DNA of 64,000 nt, from assembly GCA_030248215.1 (NCBI GenBank), contig JASANG010001402.1, forward strand, positions 372,001 to 436,000, written 5' to 3'. Below are positions 28,801-41,520 of the stretch, piece by piece. Positions within the stretch are counted from its first letter, which is position 1; each line of letters opens with the position of its first letter. Origin of the DNA: Enoplolaimus lenunculus. Taxonomy: Eukaryota. Below the pieces are notes generated by a model, which was given only the letters and a program-made list of their open reading frames with translations, had not been told where the DNA came from and did no database searches. The translations under genes and the position numbers were made by a program.

Positions 28801-29309
28801 CAAAATTTGAGGTTCAGATTCGGATTCGGTTGTGGAAAAGCCGAACCAACAAAATTCGGCAATATGTTTTTCATTTTAAGCAATAAAATTTTTAAATACC
28901 TTGCTATAAAAATCAATATTTTTTTATTTCAGGTGAGAAATCTCAGAACCGACGTCGGGCCGAAATATATCAACGTATTAAAAGTTATACGGCTGGCATT
29001 GTGTTGATATTCTGAAACAAATTATAGATATATCTGAAAATTGCAACATGCAGGATTCGGAAAATTAGCACTGGATTAGGATTCGGTCAAATCGTGGATC
29101 CGATGCCACCCTGGAAACCCCCACCAAATATTACCTTCTACAGCGTCAGCGACCAGCCCAACCGTATCCAAACCAACGGGCGACGCGGCCGCCGTGGGCG
29201 TTGATATCAACTGCACCGATGAGCACTCACTTCCAGCTTCATTCTCATCGTTTTCGCCATGACTTCCATCCGCGCCAGACACATCACTATCAACTGCTCC
29301 GGAATCCAT
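4842..29309 (-). CDS. TAF1: Transcription initiation factor TFIID subunit 1 (TAF1), 32 coding exons, about 2645 aa
   Basis: Phase-consistent GT-AG exons assembled by hand: 29135-29309, 28224-28298, 27353-27696, 26019-26189, 25241-25823, 24747-24850, 23984-24301, 23518-23604, 23190-23331, 22123-22358, 21441-21620, 21096-21210, 20683-20786, 19929-20138, 18031-18204, 17446-17550, 16738-16941, 15974-16142, 15159-15289, 14739-14816, 14083-14226, 13108-13251, 12826-12904, 12138-12237, 11497-11668, 8277-10832, 7835-7991, 7197-7300, 6309-6530, 5883-5973, 5412-5563, 4842-5153. TAF1 signature motifs: [124 protein letters not shown], Zn knuckle [17 protein letters not shown], and a double bromodomain joined by [12 protein letters not shown]. 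The first three exons are acidic, lack conserved motifs and are less certain. Confidence 0.95.
6309..6530 (-). CDS. TAF1: TAF1 exon encoding the core of bromodomain 2
   Basis: [14 protein letters not shown]...[17 protein letters not shown], bounded by TTTCAG and GTACGT. Confidence 0.93.
8277..10832 (-). CDS. TAF1: TAF1 giant exon (852 codons): Zn knuckle, long low-complexity insertion, start of bromodomain 1
   Basis: ORF 8268..10763 extends to acceptor TTTTTAG at 10833 and donor GTTAGT at 8276. Motifs: [32 protein letters not shown], CxxCxxxGHxRTNxx[38 protein letters not shown]. Confidence 0.95.
13830..14008. mobile_element. Near-perfect palindromic MITE with TGT...ACA ends and 5-bp TSD (Ginger-like), in a TAF1 intron
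   Basis: 88-bp arms with 2 mismatches and a 3-nt loop; TTGAT at 13825-13829 and 14009-14013. Confidence 0.75.
18342..19725. mobile_element. hAT-like non-autonomous element with (GAGACC)n subterminal repeats, containing a nested MITE
   Basis: Inverted ends CAGCGATGGGCGGTCTCGG...TGAGACCGCTCACCCCTG; internal duplication of about 18512-18660 at about 19481-19645; nested 5'-damaged MITE at about 18660-18834. No TSD seen. Confidence 0.6.
20799..20900. repeat. Tandem duplication, 51 bp x2, next to a TAF1 acceptor
   Basis: TATTCAAATTAGGAGCCGGCAATCTCAAAATATGTCTAACAGTGATATATG repeated directly. Confidence 0.9.
22475..22656. mobile_element. GGCC-ended MITE with GCCTAA (telomere-like) core
   Basis: TIR GGCCATGTTAATTATA...TATAGTTAATATTGGCC; related end at about 33043. 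TSD unclear. Confidence 0.55.
26671..27197 (+). mobile_element. DINE-1/Helentron-like non-autonomous rolling-circle element
   Basis: Subterminal inverted repeat TATTGAGC(G)AA...TTGCTCAATA; (GTCC)n microsatellite followed by the GAACCGATTTGGATAAACTT core; 3' hairpin GTAGT-CCC-ACTAC (27177-27189). Confidence 0.6.
27828..28005. mobile_element. Merlin-like TTAGGC MITE
   Basis: About 25-bp TIR (CCATGTATAGAACAGGGCCGGA type); 8-bp flanks AACTATTT/AACTAGTT; close copy starting at about 63826. Confidence 0.7.
28767..29113. mobile_element. hAT-like MITE with (GGATTC)n motifs
   Basis: TIR CAGGGTGGCA...TGCCACCCTG; degenerate 8-bp flanks GACACCGC/GAAACCCC; second copy at about 47162-47627. Confidence 0.7.
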
Positions 29310-32300
29310 TGAGAAAAACTAGATTTTTTACAAAGTCGTGTTTGATTACGTCATGGTATTTTACCTCACATTAGTTATTCGAATACATCATTAAAAAATA
29401 TAGTTTTAACTGGTCACTCCGGAAGACCTGCGAACACTTTAACCCTCATCTATAACTTCAGAACTATTTATTATGAGAAAGCTAAGCATTTTTTCAGAAC
29501 TATAGTGCTTCTGTGATTTTTGACTGCCACTGTTGAGAGGGTTAGTACTATGGGCCCATGTAAAGATCAGAGGTGGAAACTAGAAGAGTAAGCTTAAGCT
29601 TTGGACTAATTTTTTTGCTTGGCTTTAGGCTTACGCTTAGGAAAATGCTCATGCTTACGCTTAGACTTAGCAATATGCTTTTATAATACGGTTCCACGTA
29701 TAAATCAGGTGCCGATCGGTTGCCAGCGGAGCTGCAATAGAATAAGCTTACGCCTAAAGCTAATGCTTTTCTGAGACTTCGGTTCAATTATAGGCCTATT
29801 CCTTACGCTTACGTTCAGCAATATGCTTATACTACTGCTGTTACAACCCTGATATAAATTGGCCCAATTTCTTATCAAACGATAATACTACTTCGCTCAT
29901 TTGACCATTTCAGCAGTAAAACGCAAAACAACACTGAGCTAATTTAATTTAATAGAGTGCAGCAACAGCAATGAATGCCAAACAGAAAACCAGTAGAGCA
30001 ATAGCATTTATCAGGGCGCAGCCAGATTTGCAGAATATCAGCCGCGGTCAACAAAATTTTTGGACCCGAGGCGAGGCGAAATTAGATAAGTTAATGTGTA
30101 CTTTGTTAATTTTAGCATTTATTGTAAGGAGTTGTTAAATCCTTGTTTTACGCTTATTTTTTAACGAAATCGCGGCAATTTCTTTCCACAAAACTGCACC
30201 AGAATTAAAAAGAAACTCAAGAAACGAAATAATTTTGGATTTCTCCGGCAGACTGAGGCAAACCTCCGGTTGTATCCTGGTGTTCACACGAAAACGATTT
30301 CCATTAATGCACAAAGTCGAAGAAACGATTAAAAGCACCAGTGTGGCTGAATATAACCCAAATGAAGCCACTTTACTAAGGCTGTTGATTCCTACATTGC
30401 ACTTGGAGTCTGTCAGCATGCCGAGTTTAACCAGTATCGTAAGCGTAAATAAATGCTTGCAAGATTAAAAATGATATCCGTCCCTTGGGTTTTGGCAGTA
30501 TTGACCCAGGTCTATTTAGCCAGTCCCAAATCGACAGTCTGTAAACAGAGCACTGCTAAATAAAATAACACATAATCAGTGCTGCTGCTATCACAAGCCT
30601 GCATTTTATCAATAACGTATTTTAACCAAAATCAACATGAAAATTATCATCACCGAAACGTACTATATTCTTGATTTATCCAAGATACAGCTTTCGAGTT
30701 GGTTTAAAACATAAAATACTGTGACAAATCATCCACAAACTTAAAATTGACCTTACAAACGGAGAACTTGGGGTACGAATAAAATTCTGCTGATACAGTA
30801 TTCCAACATTTACTTCTACAGTACTCAACCAAGTACAACAACGCGTTTGAACGGTCATTACGGCAGCTAGAGCCCAATGGTAAAGCTCTTGGACGACGAC
30901 AGCAACGACAGGTCTGTTGTAGAATTTTAAGGGCAACAACAAATTTCCAGATCATAAAAAATAAGGCATCAGTTGAATAAGCAACTGCGCAAACCAACGT
31001 CGCATACATAAACATTAAAGCACAATTAAAACAATAAATTTAAGATCAAAACCGCTAAAGTAGCAGCCGCAAACGCTAATGAAAAATTACAATTTTGTTG
31101 CTTCACCCGAAAGTAGTAAGGGTCGCGCTATACTCGCCGTGCGCGGCCGGAAGCTGCCCCGCGGCTCGATAAAATATATTTATTAAAAATTGGGCATGAA
31201 ATTAAATAGATTTTGTCTACGTTTCTGTTCGCAACGTATAGTTGCGTGCAGTGGCATCCGGTGACATACTAGACAGTAAAATATAGCGCAACCCTAACGC
31301 AGACACTGCTTTCTTACTAAGACGGAATCTGACAAAATTCTTAGAAAAATAGCACAGCGCTGTTTACAGCTTTGTAAGACAACCGCGTCCAAAAGACATC
31401 AAAAAGTTTCAAATGCATTATTGCTTTTTCCATTTAATGACATCCGAATTCACAAAACTTAATAGTAACTTTTGCCGGCTTTCAGCTGCGAAAGAAACCA
31501 ACCAAATAATCTTTGTTAATATCTGGCCATTAGATATGAAAACAAACAACAAAGTTGCAACTTTCTCAACTTAAAACAAGAATCAGTTCTATATCAAACC
31601 CATAATTTTAATTTGTTAGTCACTTCACTAATCATCACCAATAGCAGATCAGCCTATAGATAATACCAATAGCAGATCAGCCTTTAGATAATACAAAGTA
31701 TACCCGACTTCACTGACCGCTAATTAACGCCAAATTAAGCAAAAATATTTACGGATTAAGTAGCACTATTAATACGGGAAACAAACCAACAACATACCTA
31801 GGGATGTGCCGATTAATCGACATTGGTAATATTGGCACCTTCGTGAGTATCGGAATCGGCACTTCGAAAAATTGTCGATTCTTTGTCGATAATTTTTGTT
31901 TGTCGATAATTTTTGTACATAGCAATGTGCAGAATGCTTTTAATTTAACTAACTTGCTGGCTTATATAGCAGTGTGTCTGCCTGCCCATGAAACTGTGCT
32001 GTATCTTGCCTGTGTGTTTGAACAAAACGAACTGAAACGAACACTTCTCATATAAATCTGTATATCTGCGAGGTTATAAGTTTTCCCGTTTATATACACT
32101 GCAGTAATCGTAAAGAGTCGCTTAAGCGACAAGTACATATTAAAATTGGTAACGGGTCGGCATTCGCAAAGACTCTGTTGTCGGGTCAGCACATCCCTGA
32201 ACAAACATAACCAAAATATTGAACACAACTAAACAGGAATATAAATACAATCACAGATTGCAGAAACGGAAACAGAGTAGCAAGGAACGATTGAAGAAAA

Positions 32301-32834
32301 TGCACATAAACAAAGATTGAAATACATTCAATTTTTCATACATAAATTCTAATCTTTGCCTACATAATACGTCCTAATATTTAACGTAGCTATGAAGAAC
32401 TTTTTAAGTGCTCCTGATATCGTACGCAAATAATTAACTTACCTGTTCATTTTCTATCATTTTACCTTAAATTTCGAGGTGTGCGGAAAATATACAAATA
32501 TTTTTTGATAGAAAATTTTTGCGTAACTAAACACTTGTTTTGAATATTGGCTGAAAAAAACAATATCAAACCATAATAGTGGGGTTATTCTCAAACCGAT
32601 AGCAAATGCAGCAATTATTTTAAATAATCACAAACAGAATGGAAATCAACAACAGTTGCCTGACACATAAATAATTTGTTCAAACAAAAACTTATATAAT
32701 TTCTGTTACATTTTTCCAATATTGACTCGAACACCCCAAATTATTACTACGCATATTTATAGTTAACGTGCCACACGCACGAGAAAACTTCAGCCACAAT
32801 TTCAACAAATAAAACACATAGGTATTCTAAGCCA

Positions 32835-33904
32835 CTAAGAATCCTGAAGTTTTGTCAAAGTAAATTTTATTTCGGATGATTCAGCACATTCGACGTACGA
32901 CCTACCATCTGGTGCCTTTCCAGTATGATCAGCACCCTGAAATATACAATTCGTTGAAGCAGTAAAATACTGCGTTCGTGCAAAAATTGCAGACAGCACA
33001 ATATAAACGAAACTGCACGTATCATATTTGCACAAGGCGAGTGGCCCATGTTAATTATAGGGGCCTACTTATTACGAGACAAAGTTACCGATGGCGCACT
33101 GAGACTGAGAAGCTTATGCTTGATTATGTTTATACATAGGATTAGGTTAAGGGTAGTGGGCATGTAAATATAATAACATGTGATTGCGGTGCGCATTTTC
33201 AAAAGTTTGTAAAAAACAACATCAATACTTATCGAAACACGTTGTTTTAGTATTTATATTTAAAACGTAACTGAAGAAACTGCTTCATAACTAATTTAAG
33301 AACCGTGCGCATAAACAAACTTTGGAAAGTAGCAGCCTCACAGTAGACGGATGTCCTTCAAATACTGCAGCGAGTAACGGTGTTATACCAAACGAATCTT
33401 GTCTCTGAAAAATATAATAAAAGCAAGCACGTCGACAAAAGAGTAACACCGTTATTTTAGTCCAAATTCGTAACATGTAAGTCCCATTTGAAACTGTGAC
33501 AAACACATATTGTGTATTAGTTTTAAGTTAATACAATGAAATTATACGCATATATAATTCCATTTCAATACAACTCAAACAAACATTAACCGCTTTTACA
33601 ATATCTCAGAACGCTTACGTTAATTTCTGAGCCTTTAGAAAGTAAATATTCTATGATTGCATCTTGTCCAAAATCCGCCGCATAATGAATCGGTAATCTA
33701 CCTTTGATCGAGCTATGCACGTCAAACTCGCCCTAAAACTGGTGGTCATAATCAAAATTGAGAAAATACGTAATTTCAAAATCATAGTACGATTTTGAAC
33801 AGCGGGTTGTACCATTAATAACCATATAAACTAATAACCTTATCGATCATCTTCTTCACTTCATCCAAATTTCCAGTGGAAATGTTCCATTTTAGTTGGT
33901 CCAT
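32835..33904 (-). CDS. MTPN: Myotrophin (V-1), small ankyrin-repeat protein, 121 aa, 4 exons
   Basis: Exons 33839-33904, 33619-33732, 33321-33404 and 32835-32936 (all phase 0) give MDQLKWNISTGNLDEVKK...GRLPIHYAADFGQDAIIEYLLSKGSEIN-RQDSFGITPLLAAVFEGHPSTVRLLLSK-GADHTGKAPDGRSYVECAESSEIK, matching the myotrophin motif pattern and length. Confidence 0.93.
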
Positions 33905-34882
33905 TACTAAGCACGTTTGTAATCTTAAAAAATCTACAATCAAATCAAAAATAAACACTGAATCCGTAATCTTGGCCTGCAACAACTCAGTCAACCAACA
34001 CATGTCTAAAACGTTTCTGTTTCAATCCATGCATGAAAACACATATATAAGCACAGAAAATAAGCATCTGGTTGCTAACATCGCAAATCTCGCTTAAAGG
34101 CTGGTTTTGAATCAAACACCCACATCAAAGAGGCCGGACTTCGATAAATGATACATTTTTGAATTCAAACTCAGAAAATACCTATTCCAAACATCCTGGC
34201 CTAGCCAAATTACGAATGGCGTTTAAACATGAATTTGGGTACCCACGTAATATATTTACAATATATACTCTGCCACTTCTTAGTCTAGTATATATAACTA
34301 TGGCAGGGCGTGCAGGGATTTCTGTTCGGGAGGTGACAATTTATCCTAAAAAAACTTTTACGAGTGAGCATAGCGAGCGAAAAAAGTCTTGACCCCTGCA
34401 GATTATTCTACAACGTATAAAAATGTGCTTTTCGAGCTTCCTTTCTATTAATTTCGGGGAAATACGTCGTCCTATTCCCCTGCTGTTAAACGTGATGTTG
34501 ATGCGTATGTGCATAGTAGTATGTAATGTTAAGATACATGCATACACGTTCACATATATCGCTAGCAGATCCAGAGGGGATGTACGCCCCCCGTCAGAAA
34601 TTTTTTTTGTAATAAAATGGTAAGGTCTTTGTCGCACAAATTTAAGAAAAATTTTTGGTGATACAATGATACGTTCCCTACCTTACAAGTTTTCCCTTTC
34701 AGAAAATTTTTTGGTAACTAAGTTCCCTTGCGTTTCATAACATTTGCCAGCCCGCCCACTCCGTCAGAAATTTTTTGACCCGCCTCTGCATACGACGCGG
34801 TGCAGCTGTGTATGTGCATAATGTATGTAATGTTAAGAAACATGCATACACGTGCACATATAGCACCAGGGAAAATTATATC

Positions 34883-35060
34883 GTCAGCGTGGTGTAATGG
34901 GTAACGATGCTTGACTCGCGAAGCGACAGGTTTGAGGTTGAATTCCCGGAGTGACCATACGGTTCGGAGAAATTCCGGGGAAAGATCTATTATATTCGCC
35001 GTACTTCGGAGAAAGGGGGGGTCGTCCCGGCCGTGTAGTTCTGACACCGAGCAAGTAGTT
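34883..35060 (+). mobile_element. tRNA-derived SINE or tRNA pseudogene
   Basis: A-box TGGTGTAATGG, B-box-like GGTTGAATTCC, tRNA-like head ending GGAGTGACCA, then a GC-rich body. Acceptor stem imperfect. A reverse-complement fragment of the 3' end lies at about 29411-29435. Confidence 0.55.
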
Positions 35061-35520
35061 GTGAGACCTGAATGTATACACCTCTGAACTAAGCGCTATT
35101 AGCTCACATGTACACAAAACGTAGCCAAATTGAAATAAATCGCGATATTCTTATTAAATTTATGATTCCGTCAAGTTGCATAATGTTTGTACACTTCATT
35201 ATAACAAACACTAGCCATGTATCTTTTCGAGATCAATTTACTTTGCTGGCAAAGATTTTAAACCGGAATCTACTGGATTCAAAATACATTTGCTTGTTTT
35301 AAACTATTTAACGGAAATTGCTCGTCTTGTCTTGAAACACACGAACACGACATTTTAGTGCGGAGAACAGACTTTGAGGTCTCTATTATTAAGTCACCAG
35401 TCCCCCTGTCTTCCAGCTATTCATATGCTCTTATTCTTGACATGAGACTCGTGTTTATTAGATCAGTGTTCAGTTGAATGGCTGAAATCGGTTTGATAAA
35501 TGTTGTTGCTAGTATCAGTG

Positions 35521-35684
35521 TGTTCTGAAGAAGGAAAACAGGATTGAGGTATTTCTGGTTATTGCAAAACAGTGGCTATTTTGCATATTCAAAACCTCAG
35601 AAAAGTACTATAATTTTAATACAGTCAGTGTAAAAAGGTGAAAGTGTGTGATACGGTTTCTAATAAATACAATTTTTGCGTACA
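35521..35684 (+). repeat. 5' LTR (164 bp)
   Basis: Identical to the 3' LTR except one A/G substitution and one T indel; contains AATAAA near its 3' end. Confidence 0.97.
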
Positions 35685-35694
35685 TGGTCCTTCG
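35685..35694 (+). promoter_or_regulatory. Primer binding site complementary to the tRNA-Tyr 3' end
   Basis: TGGTCCTTCG immediately after the 5' LTR; complementary to the ...CGAAGGACCA end of eukaryotic tRNA-Tyr. Confidence 0.85.
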
Positions 35695-36150
35695 TCGTTG
35701 TTTATTTGAACCAGGGTTTAGTGTCGTGTTTGCGAAATCCGGTTAGCTATTGCACGTGTGGTGTTTAGTTAGCCTGAGCGCAGTGTGCTCGTGTTTTCGA
35801 ATCATCATTAGAACGTGGTGCTCGAATAAAATTATTTTATGAATGGAGCGTGTGTGAATGTTAACGTCTGGTGGATTTTTTTACACTGTTATTTACTTCG
35901 GGTTGCTTTGATCATTCTGCGTTTCATTGTGCTTTTTCAATACAACAAGGTGAGTGTGCCGTGTAGTTAAAAAATTTGTTTATGTCCGGACGTCACAGAT
36001 TAAAGTCCGACAAACACTGCTATTTATCTAAGTAAAGTTTGTATATTCTGTCGTGTCTGTTTCACGTGAAACTACACGCATGGATACGGCAGGTGATATA
36101 CCGGGGAAAAGACCTTAGAAACCCCTGCCCCATCAGTGAATGTAGCCAAA

Positions 36151-39100
36151 ATGGGGCGAAAGGTAGTTCGAACGGCTTCAACTAATTTGGTGAAAAAAGT
36201 TGTGGCAAGCTATAAGGATGTGACACAAGAAAATGTGCTTGACCTAAAAGTAGCTATTTCAAAACTCGACGGATACAGGGCGGAACTTAATATGTTAGAC
36301 ACCATCATTTTTGAAAGTGTCACCGAAGACACGCAATTAGAAGCTGAGGTTCAAAAGGCATTAGATTATCAGGATATGTTGTCAGATCATGGCAAACGAG
36401 TTCGTCTGCAAATTGAAATGCTCGATGCAAAAAGTGCTACACCCCAGACATTAACGCGGGAACCAGAGGTATCAGGAAACATCCGGGTGAAAACTCCTAA
36501 ACTTCAGTTAACTGAGTTCGCAGGAGACCCTCTTCGTTGGGATTAATTCTGGGATGATTTTTCGTGTAGTGTTGATAACAGGACAGATTTGTCTATCATT
36601 GACAAATTCAAAATTTTAAAACAATCGTTAAAAGGGGAAGCTCTGAGCGTTGCGGACGGGTATTTTTTAACCCAAAGAAACTACCAGGAAGTTAAGGATG
36701 CTTTGAAAGATCGCTTTGGGGACTCTCAGGTTGCAATTTTTGCTCACTTTGAGGCGTTACTGGATTTACCCGCTGCCTCTCATGACGTCGATCAACTGAT
36801 AAAAATTAGAGACAAGTGTGAAGCTCATATTCGGAGCATTACAGCCCTTGGTTTATCGGAAGATACGTTTGGCCAGGTTTTTGCACCAATTCTTCTGTCC
36901 AAATTTCCTCGATTCGTAAAAATGGAGTTGCATAGACGCAACGGTTCGAGGAAATGGACTTTATCAGCCCTGAGGGAGCACCTCAGGGATGAAATTAGTG
37001 TTCGGACCAAAAGTGATCGGTGTTTTGGAGCAAATAATTTGACCTCTACTCATGATAATAGTTCTTTTAAAGCAAAGTCGGAGCGTAAAAAGAAAGATAA
37101 CCCCAGAACCGGATCAGCGTTGCTTGTTCAAACAAAAAAACCAAAGACAAAGAATTCAAATCAGATTCGAGCTCTTCTAAAACTCGAACATGCGTGTTTT
37201 GTGGCGAAAGTCATGCAAACTGGGAATGCACGAGATATGCAACTGCACAGGAGCGAATAAAACATATTAAGGACAGGTGTTTCAACTGTTTGAGCAAAGG
37301 CCATCAAAAGGCAGATTGCAAGAGCACCAGGTTGTGTTACTATTGCTCCCGTGCGGACCATAACAGCAGCTTGTGCTACAAGCAGTTCGGGAAACCAGAC
37401 ACCAAGGCAGATCACGCTAATTTAGTGTGCACGGGCTTGCTGAATCCTAGTGCCCCAGTGTTCGTTCCTACAACTGGAGTTGAGTCGAATGATCAGTCTG
37501 CGCTAGCACAGTGTTCATCTATGCGTAAAGGGGTTGCGATATTAGAATCTGCAGTAGCAACAGTCATAGGAATGGCAAAAAGTGCTAAAGGACGCTTAGT
37601 TTTCGATACAGGCAGTACGTTGTCTTTTATACGTGCAACGTTTGCGGAACGTATTGGCGCGACACCCATTGGCATTTCGGTGACGTCGTTGAGCCGCTTT
37701 GGGGAAACCAAAGCGATGCGTACTAATCATTCTGAAGTTTCGGTTGAATTGCAACAAAGAGATGGTTCATCGATTGAGCTTTGCCTGAAGGTAGTTAAAA
37801 ATGTTTCGATGCCTATTCAGTTGACACCGTTAGATTTGTCCGGAACATCTATCCCGTTATCGCCGAAAGATTTTGCAGAGATTTTAGTGGATAGGCAACA
37901 ATCCGCGGAAGTCGATATTTTGATTGGTCTTGATCATTACTATGACATAGCGACAATGCAGCAATGGAGATGTGACGGTGGCCTAGTAATTAAGGACACA
38001 ACTATTGGGAAAATCGTAACCGGGTTTTCTAATTCAGTTGTAAAGCCCAATTCGCTCGTACCACATCATCAGATGTTGGTTTTAGAGGATGCCGAGCAGG
38101 CACGAAAATTCAATCTTGACCAAATTTGGAGCTTGGAAAATATTGGAATCGTCGAACATCCAGGTTCGCGGGATGATGATCTCGCCCTTGAGCATTTTAG
38201 TCGAACTGTTCGGTTTCGTGACAACCGTTACGAAGTGCAGTGGCCTTTTAAATCGGAGCATCCGGAAATTGCAAATAACTACCAGTTGTCGTTACGCCGG
38301 TTGAAATCAGTTCACAAGAGGCTGATAGCTGACTCGGAATTGCTGCATAAGTATGATGAAATTTTTAGCCAACAGCTAGAAAGTGGAGTTATTGAACCAG
38401 CTCCTGAAATTGCGCAAGGCGTTGTTTCGTACATGCCGCATCATGCGGTCGTTACTTTGCAGAAAGAAACTACGAAGGTTCGGATTGTTTTTGATGCCTC
38501 GGCAAAAGAAAACGGTGATCAACAGAGTTTAAATGAGGCAATGTATCGTGGTCCGGTATTTCTGAATGACCTGGTCGGAATGTTGTTGCGATCTAGGCTG
38601 TTTCCAATCTTATTGTCAAGCGATGTGGAGAAAGCTTTCTTGCAAATCGCTGTGCAATATCACCACAGGGATTGTACTCGGTTTTTATTGCTCAAGGATC
38701 CCCTCATCGAGCCAAAACCTAGCAATTTGATAGTGTATCGTTACGCTAGGGTGCCGTTTGGAATCAAAGCAAGTCCGTTTCTTTTAGCTGCAACAATAAT
38801 ATACCATTTAAATCATCAAAGCAGTCAAATTTCAACCGAAATTAGAACAAACATCTACATGGACAACATATTAACCGGGCGATTTGCTCCTAAAGCCGCT
38901 TTAAAGCTCTTCCACGACGCCAAGGAATTATTTAGTTTAATATCTACCGTCTGTTCTGGGAATAAAGTGGGACATATCTAAGGATTGTTTCCATTGTTAT
39001 GCTGTGAAGAAACCATCAAGTGATATCGTCTGCAAACGCACCGTTTTGAGCGGTGTGGCCGCGTTATTTGATCCTTGTGGGTGGTTCAGCGGAGTTCTTG

Positions 39101-41520
39101 TGCGTGGTAAAATGCTACTCCAAAAAATTTGGAAACTTAAAGTAGGTTGGGATGACAAGCTTCCCGACAGTCTTTGTGCTGAATGGAGCCGCATTGCTAG
39201 TGACATCAATAACATAGCGAGCTTTGCTTTACCACGAAACATTTCTCCATGGAACGCGTTCAAATCAGATTCGGTAAGTCTCGAGTGTTTTTGTGATGCG
39301 TCACAAGATGCATACGCGGCATGTGTGTACCTTCGCACAACGAAGGGTAACGTGGTGCATTCAGGTCTTTATTTTGCTAAGTCACGAGTTAGTCCTGTTA
39401 AACCAATCACAATTCCGAAGCTGGAACTTTTAGCTGTGCTACTAGGAGTTCGAATACTGAAATTTGTAACAAAGCAGCTTTGTCCGAAATTGGTGAACAA
39501 CTTGCACATTTGGACCGATTCTAAATGTGTTCTCAGTTTAATTGCTAGTGAAAAAGTGCAGCCAAGATTTGTTCAAAATCGACTACAGGCGATCAGAGAC
39601 GCAAGTCTAAAGTATCACTATCTACCTACTTCTGAAAATCCAGCAGATATTCCAACAAGGGGAATTTCTTTTGACAAACTGCGCGATTGCGAACTTTGAT
39701 GGCAAGGCCCGGTTTGCATGAAATCGAATTCGTTGTACAATGACCGGCTTAGGTCGTCAGTTGTATCAATTTGCGATACGCCAATCAGCCAACATTCTTC
39801 CATTGAAATGACAATGAGGGTATCGATTCATAAGTATCAACCTCGGTCTGACGAAATGTTTGATCTTTGTAGATACGCGAGTACGGGAAAGCTTTATAGA
39901 ATGACATGTTTTCTACTCCGATTCATAAAACGATGTCGGAAAGAGTTAATTAACCGGGGACCACTTTCAGCAATTGAGATAAATCAAGCGCGGTTGTTTT
40001 GGATTCAACGAATTCAGAGACAATTTTTCGGCCCGCTTCTGGGATTTAAGCCACCTACGGAATGGAAACAAATACAACGCCAACTTGGAGTTTTTAAGGA
40101 TAGTGATGGTGTTCTTAGATGTCGAGGCCGATATCAGCAGGCCGATAATCTGAACTATGCTGCTAAAGAACCAATATTGCTACCGTACCGTGGCGAATTC
40201 ACTGATTTAGTTATTCAACAAGCTCATTCTATAGTGCTTCATGCAGGCATAAAGAGGACTTTAGCCGAGTTAAGGGCCACATACTGGATAATTTGTGGGA
40301 GGTCTGCCGTAAAACGTGTGATATCGAGGTGTGTTACATGCCGACGTCACGTCGCCAATTCGTACAGGGTTCCCGAAGCCCCACCGCTTCCGGATTTTCG
40401 AGCAAATATTAAGCGACCGTTTTCGTACGTTGGTATGGACTACTTGGGGCCGCTTTTCGTAAAACCTGTTTCAGACCAACGGGAGACAAAGAAAGTTTGG
40501 ATCGCATTATTTACGTGTGCGATTGTGCGAGCCGTCCATTTAGAGGTTGTAGAGAGCTTATCTGCTGCTGATTTTTTGCTGGCTCCGCGAAAATTTATGT
40601 CGCTGCAAGGGAAACCCGATATGATTATATGTGATAACGCTAAGCAATTTAAGGCAGCCGAACGTACCCTCCGACGGATTTTTGATGACATGCTGCAGGA
40701 ACCCGACATTCAAGATTATTCCAGTATGAAGGGCGTTTCATGGAAGTTCATTGTTGAGAAGGCACCTTGGATGGGGGGCTTCTACGAAAGATTGGTCGCT
40801 TCTGTCAAAGATGCTTTAAGGAAGAGTTTAGGCACGTGGACTGTAACATTAGCAGAACTGCAAACGTTGGCATACGAAATCTCCTTTATGATAAATGGCC
40901 GCCCTTTGTTGTACCAAGAAGACGATCCGGGCGATAAACTGCTGACGCCCTTGCACTTTCTGTTTCGCTCTACCGATATGTTTCCATGTGGACAGCAGTC
41001 TACTGAGTATCCGGTAGAGTCGGCTAGCGCCAATACTCTTATAGCTCATTGGAAAGCAGGTCAGTGCCTGTTAGCACAGGTTTGGAACACCTGGTTGAAA
41101 TGTTACTTGTTATCGTTGCGTGAACATTGGAATCAACGAGCGCTTAAAATCAGAGGAGAAGGCGACATGTCGGCAAAGATAGGTGATATCGTTCTAATCG
41201 GAGATAATATGCCGCGAGGGTCTTGGAAAATCGGTCGTGTATCCAAATTAAGAGTTTCCAGCGACTCAAAGGTTCGTTCAGTCGAAGTAAGATTGCCAAA
41301 TGGGAATACTATTGTGCGACCGGTGAGGCTATTGTATCCAATCGAGGTTAGCGTATCAAACGGAATAGGTGACAAACGGTGTAGCGGAATGGCGAACGAG
41401 GCTAGAGAGGAGCTTCTTTCTAGTCCCGAGCTTCTTCCTAGTCCCCCTAATTGTGTTCGCCAAACTCGAACGGCTGCAGTAGTAGCCAGAGAGCGCATTA
41501 ATCGCCAAGTAAGCAATTAG
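36151..41520 (+). pseudogene. Disrupted BEL/Pao gag-pol polyprotein
   Basis: Gag F.GDPLRWD*FWDDF; CVFCGESHANWEC, CFNCLSKGHQKADC, CYYCSRADHNSSLC; protease FDTGS; RT YMPHHAV, VRIVFDAS, DVEKAFLQI, VPFG, YMDN; RNase H FDPCGW, FCDAS, PKLEL, WTDS, NPAD; integrase HHCC, DYLGP, DNAKQF, APWMGGFYERLV. Lesions: TAA at 36544, frameshift at about 37134-37190, deletion plus frameshift at about 38945, TGA at 39697. Confidence 0.95.

Noticed and set aside
30676..31015. 103-aa minus-strand ORF with a hydrophobic stretch and Cys cluster
   Set aside because: No recognisable motif or convincing splice context; may be UTR or intergenic sequence.
34883..34960. Functional tRNA gene
   Set aside because: Acceptor and T stems are imperfect, CCA is encoded, and it continues into a SINE-like body with no clear terminator.
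37134..37141. A-AAA-AAA run at the gag frameshift as a programmed -1 slippery site
   Set aside because: It lies upstream of the Gag Cys-His boxes, which should be part of Gag. A homopolymer deletion or sequencing error is more parsimonious in a copy with other lesions.
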